A DNA stretch of 63,173 nt, filler included, from Octopus bimaculoides (lineage: Eukaryota), in the NCBI RefSeq assembly GCF_001194135.2. It is 7 parts of 7 records of this genome, joined end to end, with 100 filler letters (N's around TTAATTAATTAA, not from the genome) between each part and the next. Parts side by side here need not be neighbours in the genome. Positions count along the whole stretch, not along the records: positions 26,566 to 41,065 come from NC_068981.1; 6 more parts are not named here. One strand, given 5' to 3'. Below the pieces are notes generated by a model. It saw only the letters and a program-made list of their open reading frames with translations. It was not told the origin of the DNA and did no database searches. Each line of letters begins with the position of its first letter. The first letter of the stretch is position 1. This document shows positions 26,510-39,271 of this stretch, one piece after another. Position numbers and translations under genes: made by a program.

Positions 26510-26521
26510 TTAATTAATTAA
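26510..26521. other. Synthetic scaffold linker TTAATTAATTAA inside a 100-nt gap (also 41110, 48621, 53109, 58883, 61259)
   Basis: The identical 12-mer sits between N runs (44 N each side where counted) six times and has stop codons in all six frames. Confidence 0.95.
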
Positions 26522-26915
26522 NNNNNNNNNNNNNNNNNNNNNNNNNNNNNNNNNNNNNNNNNNNNACACCACACACCACACACCACCACACCAAACCACA
26601 CACCACACACCACCACACCACACCACATCATACAACCCCGCACACACTAGCACTGACCACTTCCCAGCACCCACACCAGCACACACTAGCACTGACCACT
26701 TCCCAGCACCTACAACATCATCCACACATCATCCACAATGCGCAAATGCACACGTCAATGTCACCAGCCCCCTTTCACACGCACATACACGCTCTCACAT
26801 ATACACTGGGATCGATGTAATCAACTTGCCCCTCATCCTAAATTTCACTCCTTGCATTTTTGCAGATAAAAATTATAGGAAGAAAGAATTGGATTTAGCA
26901 GTTTGTAGGATGTGG

Positions 26916-27130
26916 AGGTGCGTGGCTTAGTGGTTAGGGTGTTGGGTTCATGATCCTAATTGTGGTTCCGATTCCTAGACTGGGCGACGCATTATGTTCC
27001 TGAGCAAAACATTTCCCGTTGTTCTAGTCCACTCAGCTGGTAAAAATAAATAATCCTACGACGGACCGATGCCCCGTCCAGGTGAAGAATATATATGCCG
27101 CGAAAACCGGGAAACCGGTTCTATGAGTCT
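26916..27130 (+). mobile_element. tRNA-derived SINE, family C (second copy ~45636-45810; head fragment ~18285-18335)
   Basis: gcgtggcttagtggttagggtgttg A box, ggttccgattcc B box, and a shared body gagcaaaacatttc...acggaccg. Confidence 0.75.
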
Positions 27131-27382
27131 ATATGTCTCGAGAAGGATCTTATACTATCCTTTAGTTAGTAGGATGCTAGATGATAGAGACAGACATTGT
27201 ATGAATTACGATAGACGGAGAAATGGTCGCATCTAGAGGGCCTTGAAGGAGATTTTCGATGACATGGAGTTGGGTATCTGTGTCTACCATTTTCGCAGGC
27301 CCTCCTGAGATTGATTTGGCTTATTTTCTGATTGAATATCTGTGAGATGATTTGCGAAACTATTGAAATTTAGGCTTTATCA

Positions 27383-27568
27383 TTTACTTGTTTCAGTCAT
27401 TGGACTGCGGCCATGCTGGGACACCATCTCGAAGGGCTCGAAGGGTTTTAATCAAACAAATCTACTCCAGTACATATTTTTAGTCTGTAACTTATTTTAT
27501 CTGTCTCCATGCCGAACTTAGTTACAGTAACGTAAACAAACCAACACAGGTTATCAAGCGGCGGGTAA

Positions 27569-27665
<97 letters not shown>

Positions 27666-27812
27666 ACTCACACACACACACATATACACGGCAGGCTTCA
27701 ACGGTCGGCCCGGGTTATAGCAGAAGACGCAAGGTGCTGCGGCACGATTTAGTCTGAACCCCAAGCCATACTGTTAGAAAACGAGTTTCTTAACCACATA
27801 CCCATGTCTGTG
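27383..27812 (-). mobile_element. Family A SINE with an expanded internal (CA)n
   Basis: Collinear with 655-1041. Confidence 0.8.
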
Positions 27813-28576
27813 CCAATTAAAATTATGTTATTAATATAAAGTTCAAATAAATGGTGATATATCAGTACAGTGTTTCAATATAAAATTGTAGCATCTGTCC
27901 CAGGTCGTAAATTTTGTAGGAGGATATATTCGATTAAATTATTCTTAGTATTTGACTAAAACCTTTATTTTGTCAATCCGAAATAAGAAGCAAAGTTAAC
28001 CAACCTCAACAAAATTTAATCTAGAAACGTGAAGGTCCATTACGAAATGCTACAAACACTTTGGTCGACAATTTAGATTTTTCCAAATCACTGCACTGAA
28101 AGAAATTATTTCGATATTTAAAGGTAAATTGTGTAAAATTTCAAATATGAGTTTATTTTATATTCTCATTAATATTAGATTAAAATTAGATTAGTTCATA
28201 AATAGTTATTGCCGTATGTTTTGTTTGCTTGACTGGTACCTATTAAAATCGGTCCTGAAGGAATGAAAGGCAAAGTCGACCACAACTTTCAGAATATTTG
28301 AATTCAGAATATAAAGCCAGAAGAAAGTAAGTATTTTGTCCGGTGTGTTAACAATTCTACAAGCTCGTCGCCTTGAGACAGAAGTCTATATGGAAAGAGA
28401 ACAAATTTTAAACATAAAATATGTAACTTCCCCATAGCAGAGCTTAACGGCGTCTGGGAAACTTTACTGTGATAAATGTTTCCGCCTTTTTTTTTCAGAA
28501 AAGCTATTCAACGCCCGCACAAAATTTGAAAAAAAACGTACTGTAATGTTGGGCAAAAAATATACTAGCCGTATTA

Positions 28577-28669
<93 letters not shown>

Positions 28670-28805
28670 TACGATCGTGATGTCGATGACAATAGTGATG
28701 GCAAAGGGGTTGACGATGTTGATAATAATGATGTTTTATTTATTGTGTAAATATACTTCATTTGTCTTTTTTTCTTGTTTTATTCTGTTTCTACAACTAA
28801 TGCAG

Positions 28806-28919
28806 TATGATGGAATGCATGACGAAAATAGCAGTATTGTGTGTAGATCAACTAAACGCAATTATTCTGAGGACAATATACAGACGATTACAAAAGATAT
28901 AATGAAAGCTGTAACTTAC
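28806..28919 (+). CDS. Integrin alpha exon A (calf-2): YDGMHDENSSIVCRSTKRNYSEDNIQTITKDIMKAVTY
   Basis: Pyrimidine-rich acceptor tgcag and donor TAC|gtaagt. 114 nt, phase 0/0, and it splices in frame to DCSWMNC. Confidence 0.7.
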
Positions 28920-28954
28920 GTAAGTATTTAACATACAAATAAAAGCAACAGTAT

Positions 28955-29037
<83 letters not shown>

Positions 29038-29362
29038 ATCCTCGACAACCATCAACCATTTGCACAACTCCAAATAAAGAGTGTGTCATCTGTTATCAAA
29101 ACATGTATTAAGGCACAATTACTATCTTCACATTATATTCATTCAATATTATGCAAAATATAAATTCTCATAAGTTTATTCGTACGTTGGTTCAGTGTTA
29201 TATTTTATTTCAGTATAGATTGTATAACTATTCTAATCATTACTCTGATAATTCTGACTATCAACTAGTTTGATTAAATGTCAGCATGGGGACCCCTACG
29301 CACTCACATCACTAGAGTTTGCAGCCAAATCTTTTTTGTATTTACAAAAAATGCTATTTCAG

Positions 29363-29476
29363 GAAATTAATATGCAATTGTTATATCTGAACGTTAGTAA
29401 ATCAACGAAATGTCGACATAGGAAACAACTAAATGAAACAATATTTCAGGTTATCATCAACCTGACTTCTGTTAAA
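29363..29476 (+). CDS. Candidate alternative integrin exon B: EINMQLLYLNVSKSTKCRHRKQLNETIFQVIINLTSVK
   Basis: Acceptor tatttcag and donor AAA|gtgagt. 114 nt, phase 0/0, with an LLYL...C pattern like integrin calf-2. May be chance. Confidence 0.3.
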
Positions 29477-30699
29477 GTGAGTTAAATTTAAAGAGTATTA
29501 CAGATATTGAGACGCAACCACTTTAAGTTACTGATACATTGGTCTCAGTTACCATCTGACATCTTTCTGAAACTCAATTTATGTAGCTCTTTGTTAATAA
29601 TTAGTGTATATTTTTACAATAATAGCACAATTGACAAACAGGAAACTTGAAATATATTAAGTTGGCATAACAATAACATTAAAGCTAGCACATAACAATG
29701 GCATTTCATTTATTTATGAAGAGATACCAGAGCCAAATATAGTCTTCTAAATTAGATTACTCCATTAGCCGTAACATAGTAATTAAGAAGTATACAATAA
29801 AGATTGTTAAATTCAAAGTGACAAAAAGAAAAACAAACTAGTATTTCTTCACAAAATCACTCAACTTCAAGCTTTCTCCTCAACTTTCGATTTTTTAAGC
29901 CTAAACTTGAAAACGTAGAGATCCAGAATTAGTCAATTTACCTCCAGCGAGAGAGGGCTACATTTATCTTTTGAGATAAATTTACCCCAGTTTGATAATT
30001 CATGGGCTATAGTCATTCGGCTACCGATACAGTGAATCACTAAAACTAGTTTTTATAATTTAGTTGATATAAAGACTTTTCCTTTTCTCCTTCACTTTTA
30101 ATATTCATGAGTGTAGTATCATAGCAGAAATGGTTGATTATCATCCTAAACATATTTCGGTATTTAGATTTAAGCCCTTATGCTCCAAATTCAAATCTTG
30201 CTAGGATTCGATTGTAATTTTCATGCTTATTAGGGTCATATTATTCGATATAATTGACTGCACATCTGACTTAAATAATTGACTTCTTGAAGAAATAAGG
30301 ACAGCAAGTTGTTAGAGACAGTAGATGTCTGTACTAAATGTTACATGGTGAAATTTACTATACTTCGATTGGTTACAGTAGTAAGATGTACTGCTTGATT
30401 CTATTCTACAACGAAGTTTGTGGCTTAATGTTTCTTGTGGAAACATAACAATGTAGATGGAAAAAAAAACTCAATCAGTGCAATTATTTCATCGTTATCC
30501 ATTGAACTAACTTTGAGTCTTTTTGAAAAGTATCATTTAGATGAAGTCAGTGAATGAGTGGTAGAGCAGGCTTACTTTTCATTATTTTATTTTGACCGTC
30601 CAGGTTATTCTGCCAGACTTCATGTTATTTCTCATGGCTAAATATATGTTAAGTACCATCTGAATATATCATTCCTCCTCTACTATTTACTATTTTACT

Positions 30700-30885
30700 A
30701 TTTTACTTGTTCCAGTCATTTGACTGCGGCCATGCTGGAGCACCGCCTTTAGTCGAGAAAATCGACCCCAGGACTTATTCTTTGTAAGCCTAGTACTTAT
30801 TCTTTCGGTTTCTTTTTGCCGAACCGCTAAGTTACGGGGACGTAAACACACCACCATCGGTTGTCAAGCGATGGTGGGGGAACAA

Positions 30886-30916
<31 letters not shown>

Positions 30917-31065
30917 CATATATACGACGGGCTTCTTTCAGTTTCCGGCTACCAAATCCACTCACAAGGCTTTGGTCGGCCCGAGGCTATAGTAGAAGAC
31001 ACTTGCCCAAGGTGGCACGCAGTGGGACTGAATCCGGAACCATGTGGTTGGTAAGCAAGCTAATC
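30700..31065 (-). mobile_element. Family A SINE, young copy, in an integrin intron
   Basis: Very similar to 655-1041 along its whole length. Confidence 0.9.
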
Positions 31066-31431
31066 AGTCTCATGTCTCAGTAATAAAAAAAATAATAATG
31101 GCTCTGGTTTCATTACATATAAACTTAACAACACCATTTTTGTTCGAACACTATTTTTGTTAGACATATCTCCTCTAAATATTTCATTCTACAGTCTCCA
31201 TGGAATTTCAGCATTTTGCATTTCGCATTTGTTAAAGAAGGAATCTGCATAAACCGAGAAGTAAATATCAAAAGCACGATAAGATCTCTCTCTCTCTCCT
31301 TCTCTCCGGTGTCTGTTATATTTTGTGTTTGCGTCAGTTTATTTTGATTGCGACCTTATCATCAACAGCTTCTTTAAATTACTTGTCTATATGTATCATT
31401 CTCAAACATGGTTGTGTATTTTTTTTTTTAG

Positions 31432-31551
31432 GATTGCAGTTGGATGAACTGTATCAATGTCACTTGCAATTTCAATGAATTAAAGACAAAGCGCTCAAAG
31501 AAAATTCAAATTAACATTGCAGTAGAAAACAGATACCTTGATGTTCTAAAG
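31432..31551 (+). CDS. Integrin alpha exon C: DCSWMNCINVTCNFNELKTKRSKKIQINIAVENRYLDVLK
   Basis: T-run acceptor ttttttag and donor AAG|gtagta. 120 nt, phase 0/0. The C-x4-C-x4-C followed by xIxI pattern is characteristic of integrin alpha calf-2. Confidence 0.85.
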
Positions 31552-32080
31552 GTAGTAATACTTCTATTTATGAACAGATATTCAGTCTGGTTGTAGATAA
31601 ATGTTAATGTAAACTCATTCCTAATAAAAAAAATATAGATCAATCTGAGCCGCCTCAAAAACTTGACTCATATTGCAAACAACATATAAGTATTTGATAT
31701 TTTTCATCAGATTTTATAAGTTTCATAATAAATACCTGACGAAACGTACGAAATACACCACATCTCAGAAAAACAAATTATCTTTCGTGTAACTGATGTC
31801 AATGAGACGTAATAGGCTTTTCTACCAACGTAGTCAGCTTCGAATTTATAACTACAGTCGTTGCACTGCGCTCTTTGTCAAATCAGTTTATTCCGCTTGA
31901 CTGCGAACAGTTTTGTAAGGGTGAAACGACTTGATGATAGTCCTGAATATTTATTCAGACAGGTTAATTGATGGATAGTTTGATATTATGTAGATACAAT
32001 ACCATTAAAATTATAGCGTTAGGATTAACACGTAAGCTCACTACCATATATATGTGAGTGTGCGTGTGTGCGTACGTATG

Positions 32081-32117
<37 letters not shown>

Positions 32118-33329
32118 CGTGGACAATTAATGCGCTAGAAATAGATCACATCTTGTGTCTATTAAGACCTAAAAAGTTCTCAACATGAAATATAGCAGCA
32201 TACCAAAAACGTGAGCGGGCAAGACATTTAAAATCACCTAAAAAAATCATTATTAAACAGGAACCAGGTTTCGGATTTAACAAATTCTTACCATTTGTCT
32301 ATTCCTCATCAGCCTGATTTGTAATGTAGCAGCAATTATCAGAATCCTATACATAGTTGCCCACCGCCATGTGTGCGCGTGCATATGGTTCTGCTAATTA
32401 CAGNNNNNNNNNNNNNNNNNNNNNNNNNNNNNNNNNNNNNNNNNNNNNNNNNNNNNNNNNNNNNNNNNNNNNNNNNNNNNNNNNNNNNNNNNNNNNNNNN
32501 NNNNNNNNNNNNNNNNNNNNNNNNNNNNNNNNNNNNNNNNNNNNNNNNNNNNNNNNNNNNNNNNNNNNNNNNNNNNNNNNNNNNNNNNNNNNNNNNNNNN
32601 NNNNNNNNNNNNNNNNNNNNNNNNNNNNNNNNNNNNNNNNNNNNNNNNNNNNNNNNNNNNNNNNNNNNNNNNNNNNNNNNNNNNNNNNNNNNNNNNNNNN
32701 NNNNNNNNNNNNNNNNNNNNNNNNNNNNNNNNNNNNNNNNNNNNNNNNNNNNNNNNNNNNNNNNNNNNNNNNNNNNNNNNNNNNNNNNNNNNNNNNNNNN
32801 NNNNNNNNNNNNNNNNNNNNNNNNNNNNNNNNNNNNNNNNNNNNNNNNNNNNNNNNNNNNNNNNNNNNNNNNNNNNNNNNNNNNNNNNNNNNNNNNNNNN
32901 NNNNNNNNNNNNNNNNNNNNNNNNNNNNNNNNNNNNNNNNNNNNNNNNNNNNNNNNNNNNNNNNNNNNNNNNNNNNNNNNNNNNNNNNNNNNNNNNNNNN
33001 NNNNNNNNNNNNNNNNNNNNNNNNNNNNNNNNNNNNNNNNNNNNNNNNNNNNNNNNNNNNNNNNNNNNNNNNNNNNNNNNNNNNNNNNNNNNNNNNNNNN
33101 NNNNNNNNNNNNNNNNNNNNNNNNNNNNNNNNNNNNNNNNNNNNNNNNNNNNNNNNNNNNNNNNNNNNNNNNNNNNNNNNNNNNNNNNNNNATATATATA
33201 TATATATATATATAAAAGTAAGGGTTTTCATCGGGAAAGATCCTTGGTGATAGAGAGGCACAACAATTGGAGAAATTTTTAGAGTTTGGGGAACGTGTGT
33301 GCAAGATATGGCGGGACATTTTAAATGGG

Positions 33330-34300
33330 TGCTTTCATTCACCGGTCTAACTGTTTCTCATGGATCAGGAATGAAATACATATGTTGCTAAGGATAGTTT
33401 GCATAAAACTAGCGTCGTGGGCGTTGTATAACATGTAGATTCGTATTGAGTGATTACAAATAGGCAGTGGTTAGATGAAGCGATAAGTGTGGAGACAGTT
33501 ATGGCTTTGTATAGCACAGGTTTAGAGGTAAGAAAGAGGTCAAGCGTTTTGGGAATATCTGAGTATAGACCTGCGATGTAGGTAGGGGAAGAGACAAGTT
33601 GATAAAGGGAGTTGAGGATTACAAAAGATTCGACTTTCAACATCGTGACCATCGATGTGAAACGTGTGAGAAATCCCCGGAGAGTTATGAATACTGAAAT
33701 CATCAAAGAGGATGACGTCGAAGATAGATGAAGGAAATACTGGAGGAAATATAATTGATGAAATGTTGGTTAAGAGAGCAAGAAAGGACATAGAGATTTA
33801 TTCGAGAGAGTAAGAGGATGAAACTTTGAACCAGAGTGACTAAAAGTAATTTTGTTGATAACCAGGCAATTTTGTTGATAACCAGGCAATTTTGTTGATA
33901 ACCAGGCAATTTTGTTGATAACCAGGCAATTTTGTTGATAACCAGGCAATTTTGTTGAGTGATGGGGTGTGGTGTCTATGTAAGAGCAAACACAACTTTA
34001 CGGAATAAAGTTAGAACAGAGAATGTCGCCTGTTTGAAGATAAAGGTTGAGAAATTTTCATGAGGATGAGAAATAGGATGTACGTCTGAGTGTAAGGGCT
34101 GGTGGGTAAAATCTAAATTGGAATGAAGTTCGCAGGTATTGAAGAGAAGGAAAATTGTCCAGAAGGTGTACTTTTGGTTTTCGGCATTCCAAGTAAATAT
34201 TGAAAGGTCATGGCAATCTACACCTGGATTCCTGAACCAAATGCTTGTAGCAGAGCGAATTCCACTACAACGCAACCTCATTTATTGTTCGTTCTGATAG
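33330..34300 (-). mobile_element. Non-LTR retrotransposon AP-endonuclease relic (CR1/Jockey-like)
   Basis: The minus strand gives LNSLYQLVSSPT, TLDLFLTSKP and STLIASSNHCL (APE C-terminal motifs), plus FNTCELHSNL near the N-terminus. Many frameshifts. Confidence 0.7.
33848..33958. repeat. Perfect 20-bp tandem repeat (AATTTTGTTGATAACCAGGC) x5.5
   Basis: Five identical units plus an 11-nt partial unit. Confidence 0.97.
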
Positions 34301-35035
34301 AACATCCACGTTTAATTTTAAGTTGGTTAAATATTACCCCTCGGTATTAATATTGCCCTTCTCGCTAATGTACACTATTCCGACACTGATTTTTATATAT
34401 CGCTGGCGGGGAAGCGAGTTGTGCTATCTTTAGCGCTCGAGAGTTTATCATTGATGAGACTAACGAAGATCTGGCGGTCTTGGCGCTGGAGTTGGTGAGG
34501 ATTTACCTCCCCACTAGCGTGCATTTTACACCAAAGCCCATGTTGTAGTTTCTCTCATGATATCTACTGCAGTAAAGTTTGTTCTAACAGAACATCAATG
34601 TTTAAGTGGGGTTAAATGTTACCTTTCATTTATCAAAAGAGTAACCGAGAAATAATGAAGCTTAAAGGACTATGGTTTTCTTTTACAGTAATGGCAGAAA
34701 TAGTAGTCGGTCGATCGGTCAGTCGTTCTACTGACTGTGGCATTTCATCTAAATATATTTTGATTTTTCTAGAACCAAATTTTAACTTACATGTGATTAT
34801 GATCAACGCTACAAAGGTATTCAATGGTGGTCAAACCATCAGAGTGTGAAGGCTTACATGATAAAGTATATCGGACATTTGTCTCTTTGAAAATATTGCA
34901 TAAGAAATCCCTATGATTTTAAAACTTACTCTAATTTTATTTCCTTTATTCATATTTAAGGATGTTTACCACATTACGAGCACTGAAAGGCAATAAATCA
35001 ACGAAAAGGCTAGAAACAAAAATAGAAAATATATA

Positions 35036-35897
35036 CTAGGTCTGATCAATAAGTATCCGGATGATGCCATAGTAACGAAGCTAAAGCACGCAGAAAGAAG
35101 CCGCTCAGCACAGACTGATCTTGAACTCTGCTGTGCATGCGCACTAAGCTTTAGCGTTCTAGCTTACTTTCACTGTTTACCGCAGTGCTTGGAAGGAAGG
35201 TGTGTAGCGTGTGATCGTCGCATTAACCATGACAGAAAGTTGTCATGGTGATACCTGTTTAGAGGCCTATGCAAAGTTGCAGAAAGTGTATGAGCTGCAC
35301 ACAAGTGTACGAGTGGTTCAGACGTTTCTAAGATGGCCGAAAAAATGTCAATATTGACCCGCAATTAGCAGAACTAAGAAGAACATCGCAGATGAGCGTG
35401 CTGCTGTGAGGGGAAATCGTCATATCGCCATCCATGGTTTATCAGAAAATGTGCAGATTACTTACAATTCACTTCAATCCATCATCACTTAAGATTTGGA
35501 TATGAGATGCGAGTCTGCCAAGTTTGTATGAAAACTGCTTTCAGCTGATCAAAAAGACACTCGGGTTAGGGTTGCACAAGATCTCCTTGATTGTGACGAT
35601 AACGATGAAAGCATTTTGAAAACTTTGCGTAGGCCTCTGAGCAGGTATCGCCAAGCTTTTGGCAAAATTTGATGCAGATTCTCTCCTCAACTTTCTCTGT
35701 CATGGTCAATGCGACGATCACACGCTACACAGTTTCCTTCCAAGCACTGCTGTAAACAGCGGAAGTGAGCTAGAACAATAAAACTTAGTGTGCATGCACA
35801 GCAAAGTTCAAGGTCAACCTGTGTCAAATAGCTTCACTCTGCATGTTTTAGCTTCGTTACTATAACAATAATCCGGATATTTATTGATCAGACCACA
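35036..35897 (+). mobile_element. Mariner-derived non-autonomous element with ~275-bp inverted arms, TA-flanked
   Basis: Ends ta-ctaggtctgatcaataag and ttattgatcagaccaca-ta. The interior encodes a decayed N-terminal transposase (QVYEWFRRF, AKFV*KLLSADQK). Confidence 0.85.
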
Positions 35898-36364
35898 TAT
35901 ATAAATAGTTAAATATTAAACAGTTAAATAACACGCCCAATGGATCAAGCTTTTGTATTGCACCACTTTAGAAGAGAAAAAACAAGAGGTATTATTCGCA
36001 AGCTTATCATCTGGAGTGAAGTTCATCAACTATAACATTATTTCTTTCTCTCTTCTGCCTCATGCGCTCTATAAAGATGATTTTATATATATATATATAT
36101 ATNNNNNNNNNNNNNNNNNNNNNNNNNNNNNNNNNNNNNNNNNNNNNNNNNNNNNNNNNNNNNNNNNNNNNNNNNNNNNNNNNNNNNNNNNNNNNNNNNN
36201 NNNNNNNNNNNNNNNNNNNNNNNNNNNNNNNNNNNNNNNNNNNNNNNNNNNNNNNNNNNNNNNNNNNNNNNNNNNNNNNNNNNNNNNNNNNNNNNNNNNN
36301 NNNNNNNNNNNNNNNNNNNNNNNNNNNNNNNNNNNNNNNNNNNNNNNNNNNNNNNNNNNNNNNN

Positions 36365-36401
<37 letters not shown>

Positions 36402-36517
36402 CATATAAACCTTGAGTTGAAGCATTGGGGTAGCCATGATAGAAGAACGTCAAGTGTTTCAATAAATATATTCGCCTTTCATACCTGAAAAGGGTTTTCC
36501 TTTGTTTTTTATTCCAG

Positions 36518-36610
36518 GGAAAAATGCATAATATCTACATAAACACAACAGGAAAATTGAAACAAGAATCTAAAGATTACATTATCAAGGTGCCAGATGT
36601 TGAGAAGACA
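36518..36610 (+). CDS. Integrin alpha exon D: GKMHNIYINTTGKLKQESKDYIIKVPDVEKT
   Basis: Acceptor tttattccag and donor ACA|gtaagt. 93 nt, phase 0/0, in frame between exons C and E. Confidence 0.8.
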
Positions 36611-37337
36611 GTAAGTTTCATTCAGTCTGACAATTCTGATTGTTGCATGAAAACTTAATTATATAATTACGTTACTGCGTTATCATTTGGCTAAGCAATA
36701 AATCCAAATTAATGAGCCAATCATTCAAGGTTATGTGATTATTTTAAATGTACATAACACGTGATTTAGTAATTAAATCTAACTTCAGCCGAATTCTTTC
36801 ATGTAAACGTCTGTTTAAAGTAATGATTTTCAAGTATCAAGCTTCTCCAATATTCAAAACTTGGAGATTTAAAAAGTATCTACACTGAACTTATTATTGC
36901 CGGTTTTAAAGATTAGATGCGCTGGAAAACAATATGGCCCCAGATACACAAAGGAATGAGATGGCTTCGAATAGAATGCCTTTGATTATAAGCGTATACT
37001 ATCAAGATGCAGGGCCAAACAACATTTTAATTGAAATCAATTTGCTCCCATAGCACGTCATTATGACACTTGGATTTTTTTCATAAATCTTTTTTGGTGT
37101 ATCTTCCAATCCAAGTGTTTCATTCACTTTGGATAATCCTTGTGACATCTACTCCCCATGATATAGACGTCGTTGGGTCTCAAAGAGCACATCTGCTTTT
37201 GGCCGGGTCTACCATTTCAACAAACTGAATGCCCATACATCTAACTGTATATAACATATATCATAATGGTATTTATTTTCCGATCTGAAGCGACAATTTT
37301 TAAATATAAACAAATGACTGAAAAATGATAAGCTATT

Positions 37338-37765
37338 ATACAGTTATTATACTACGAATCTTCCATAGTAATTTTCTCTCTGTAACTCGCAAAGCCTTTC
37401 GGGTTTGTTTATAAGAATATTATTTATGTAGTATCGAGACAGTTTAAGTATATATTTACTAAATTTGACTGAAATTGATGAGTGAGCGTTTGGCCAATTA
37501 GATTCGCAAGGAGCTATGAAAGCGTCGATTTGTGAGTTTGATTCGGCCTGAGGTTAGCTCATCATTTTTCAGTCATTTGTTTATATTTAAAAATAGTTGC
37601 TTCAAATCGGAGAATAAATATCATTATGATATATATTAAATACAGTTATACTATGAGCCTTCCATAGTAGCTTTCTCTCCGTAACTTGCAAAGCCTTTCG
37701 AGTTTGTTTATAAAAATATTATTTATGTAGTATCGAGACAGTTTAAGTATATATTTACTAAATTT
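37338..37765. repeat. Direct repeat of ~130 bp with ~300-bp period, running into a gap
   Basis: tacagtta...ttccatagta...gtatcgagacagtttaagtatatatttactaaattt at ~37338-37466 and ~37640-37765. Confidence 0.85.
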
Positions 37766-38990
37766 NNNNNNNNNNNNNNNNNNNNNNNNNNNNNNNNNNN
37801 NNNNNNNNNNNNNNNNNNNNNNNNNNNNNNNNNNNNNNNNNNNNNNNNNNNNNNNNNNNNNNNNNNNNNNNNNNNNNNNNNNNNNNNNNNNNNNNNNNNN
37901 NNNNNNNNNNNNNNNNNNNNNNNNNNNNNNNNNNNNNNNNNNNNNNNNNNNNNNNNNNNNNNNNNNNNNNNNNNNNNNNNNNNNNNNNNNNNNNNNNNNN
38001 NNNNNNNNNNNNNNNNNNNNNNNNNNNNNNNNNNNNNNNNNNNNNNNNNNNNNNNNNNNNNNNNNNNNNNNNNNNNNNNNNNNNNNNNNNNNNNNNNNNN
38101 NNNNNNNNNNNNNNNNNNNNNNNNNNNNNNNNNNNNNNNNNNNNNNNNNNNNNNNNNNNNNNNNNNNNNNNNNNNNNNNNNNNNNNNNNNNNNNNNNNNN
38201 NNNNNNNNNNNNNATATATATATATATATATATAGCACGAGACAATGGAGGATCCTCTATGTAGTCGATTGACTTGCTCGAAATAGCAACCATATTGCCC
38301 TCAAATCAACTTTATAATATTTAAGATGCCGTGGTGAGATTGAACTCCTGATAAAATTCTGAATGGTTTCTGTTTATTGTCACTTTACACCTGATCCAAA
38401 CGGAGGAGAGGATTTTGGAATCATTGCTGCAAATTACTGGAACATTTGCTAAAAATAGAATGTTCTCAATTATTTTTCTAATATGGCGTACCTACAAAGG
38501 GAAAAATCTATGCGATCGCTTGCTGGAAATAGCAACCAAATCTCTCTTGTTCATACTCTCATGAGAAATACAGAATATAGTAACAAGAAAATATGACGAG
38601 GTAGCAACAGTTGAAATGTCTCCTTTCTTTCAGTCTTTAATTCCTGTTTGAGTGGTACAGCTGTGACATACGATGATGTTTTAGGTATTTCAAACCTGGC
38701 CAAACCCATTCCTCTCAAGATCTGGCTGTAGATGTTTCCTTCCAAAAAGAAAGGGAGTAGAAGTAACTCCAGCACCAGTGCTGAACTGGTACTTTATTTA
38801 TCAACACCGAAAGGACGATAGGCAAAATTGAACTGAGGGTCCAGAGAGGGTCGGACGAATGTTACAAGGCATTCTATCCAACGCACTAACGATTCTAGCA
38901 ATTCATGAATACTGATGATAACGTCTCACTCCTTCATGTCTGCTATATTTTCTCCTCAAACATAAAAAGTGACAATAGTAAAAGACGTGT

Positions 38991-39095
<105 letters not shown>

Positions 39096-39154
39096 ATGTA
39101 TGTATAAATACACGCATGCGTTTTATTGACTCATTTTATATTTATTCTTATTAG

Positions 39155-39271
39155 ATTATGACTAAAGTTTACATCAAGCCTTTAAAACCAACATTAAAAT
39201 GGTGGATACCAGTTGCCAGTATTTTATCAGGAATATTACTAATGGTTTTGGTTTCCATTCTCCTCTACGAG
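39155..39271 (+). CDS. Integrin alpha exon E (transmembrane): IMTKVYIKPLKPTLKWWIPVASILSGILLMVLVSILLYE
   Basis: Acceptor ttcttattag and donor GAG|gtaagc. 117 nt. The WWI...ILSGILL...LY pattern matches the integrin alpha TM, normally followed by xGFFKR. Confidence 0.85.

Noticed and set aside
29214-29273. Acceptor opening YRLYNYSNHYSDNSDYQLV
   Set aside because: It hits TGA with no adequate donor, and would need a frameshift to join exon B.
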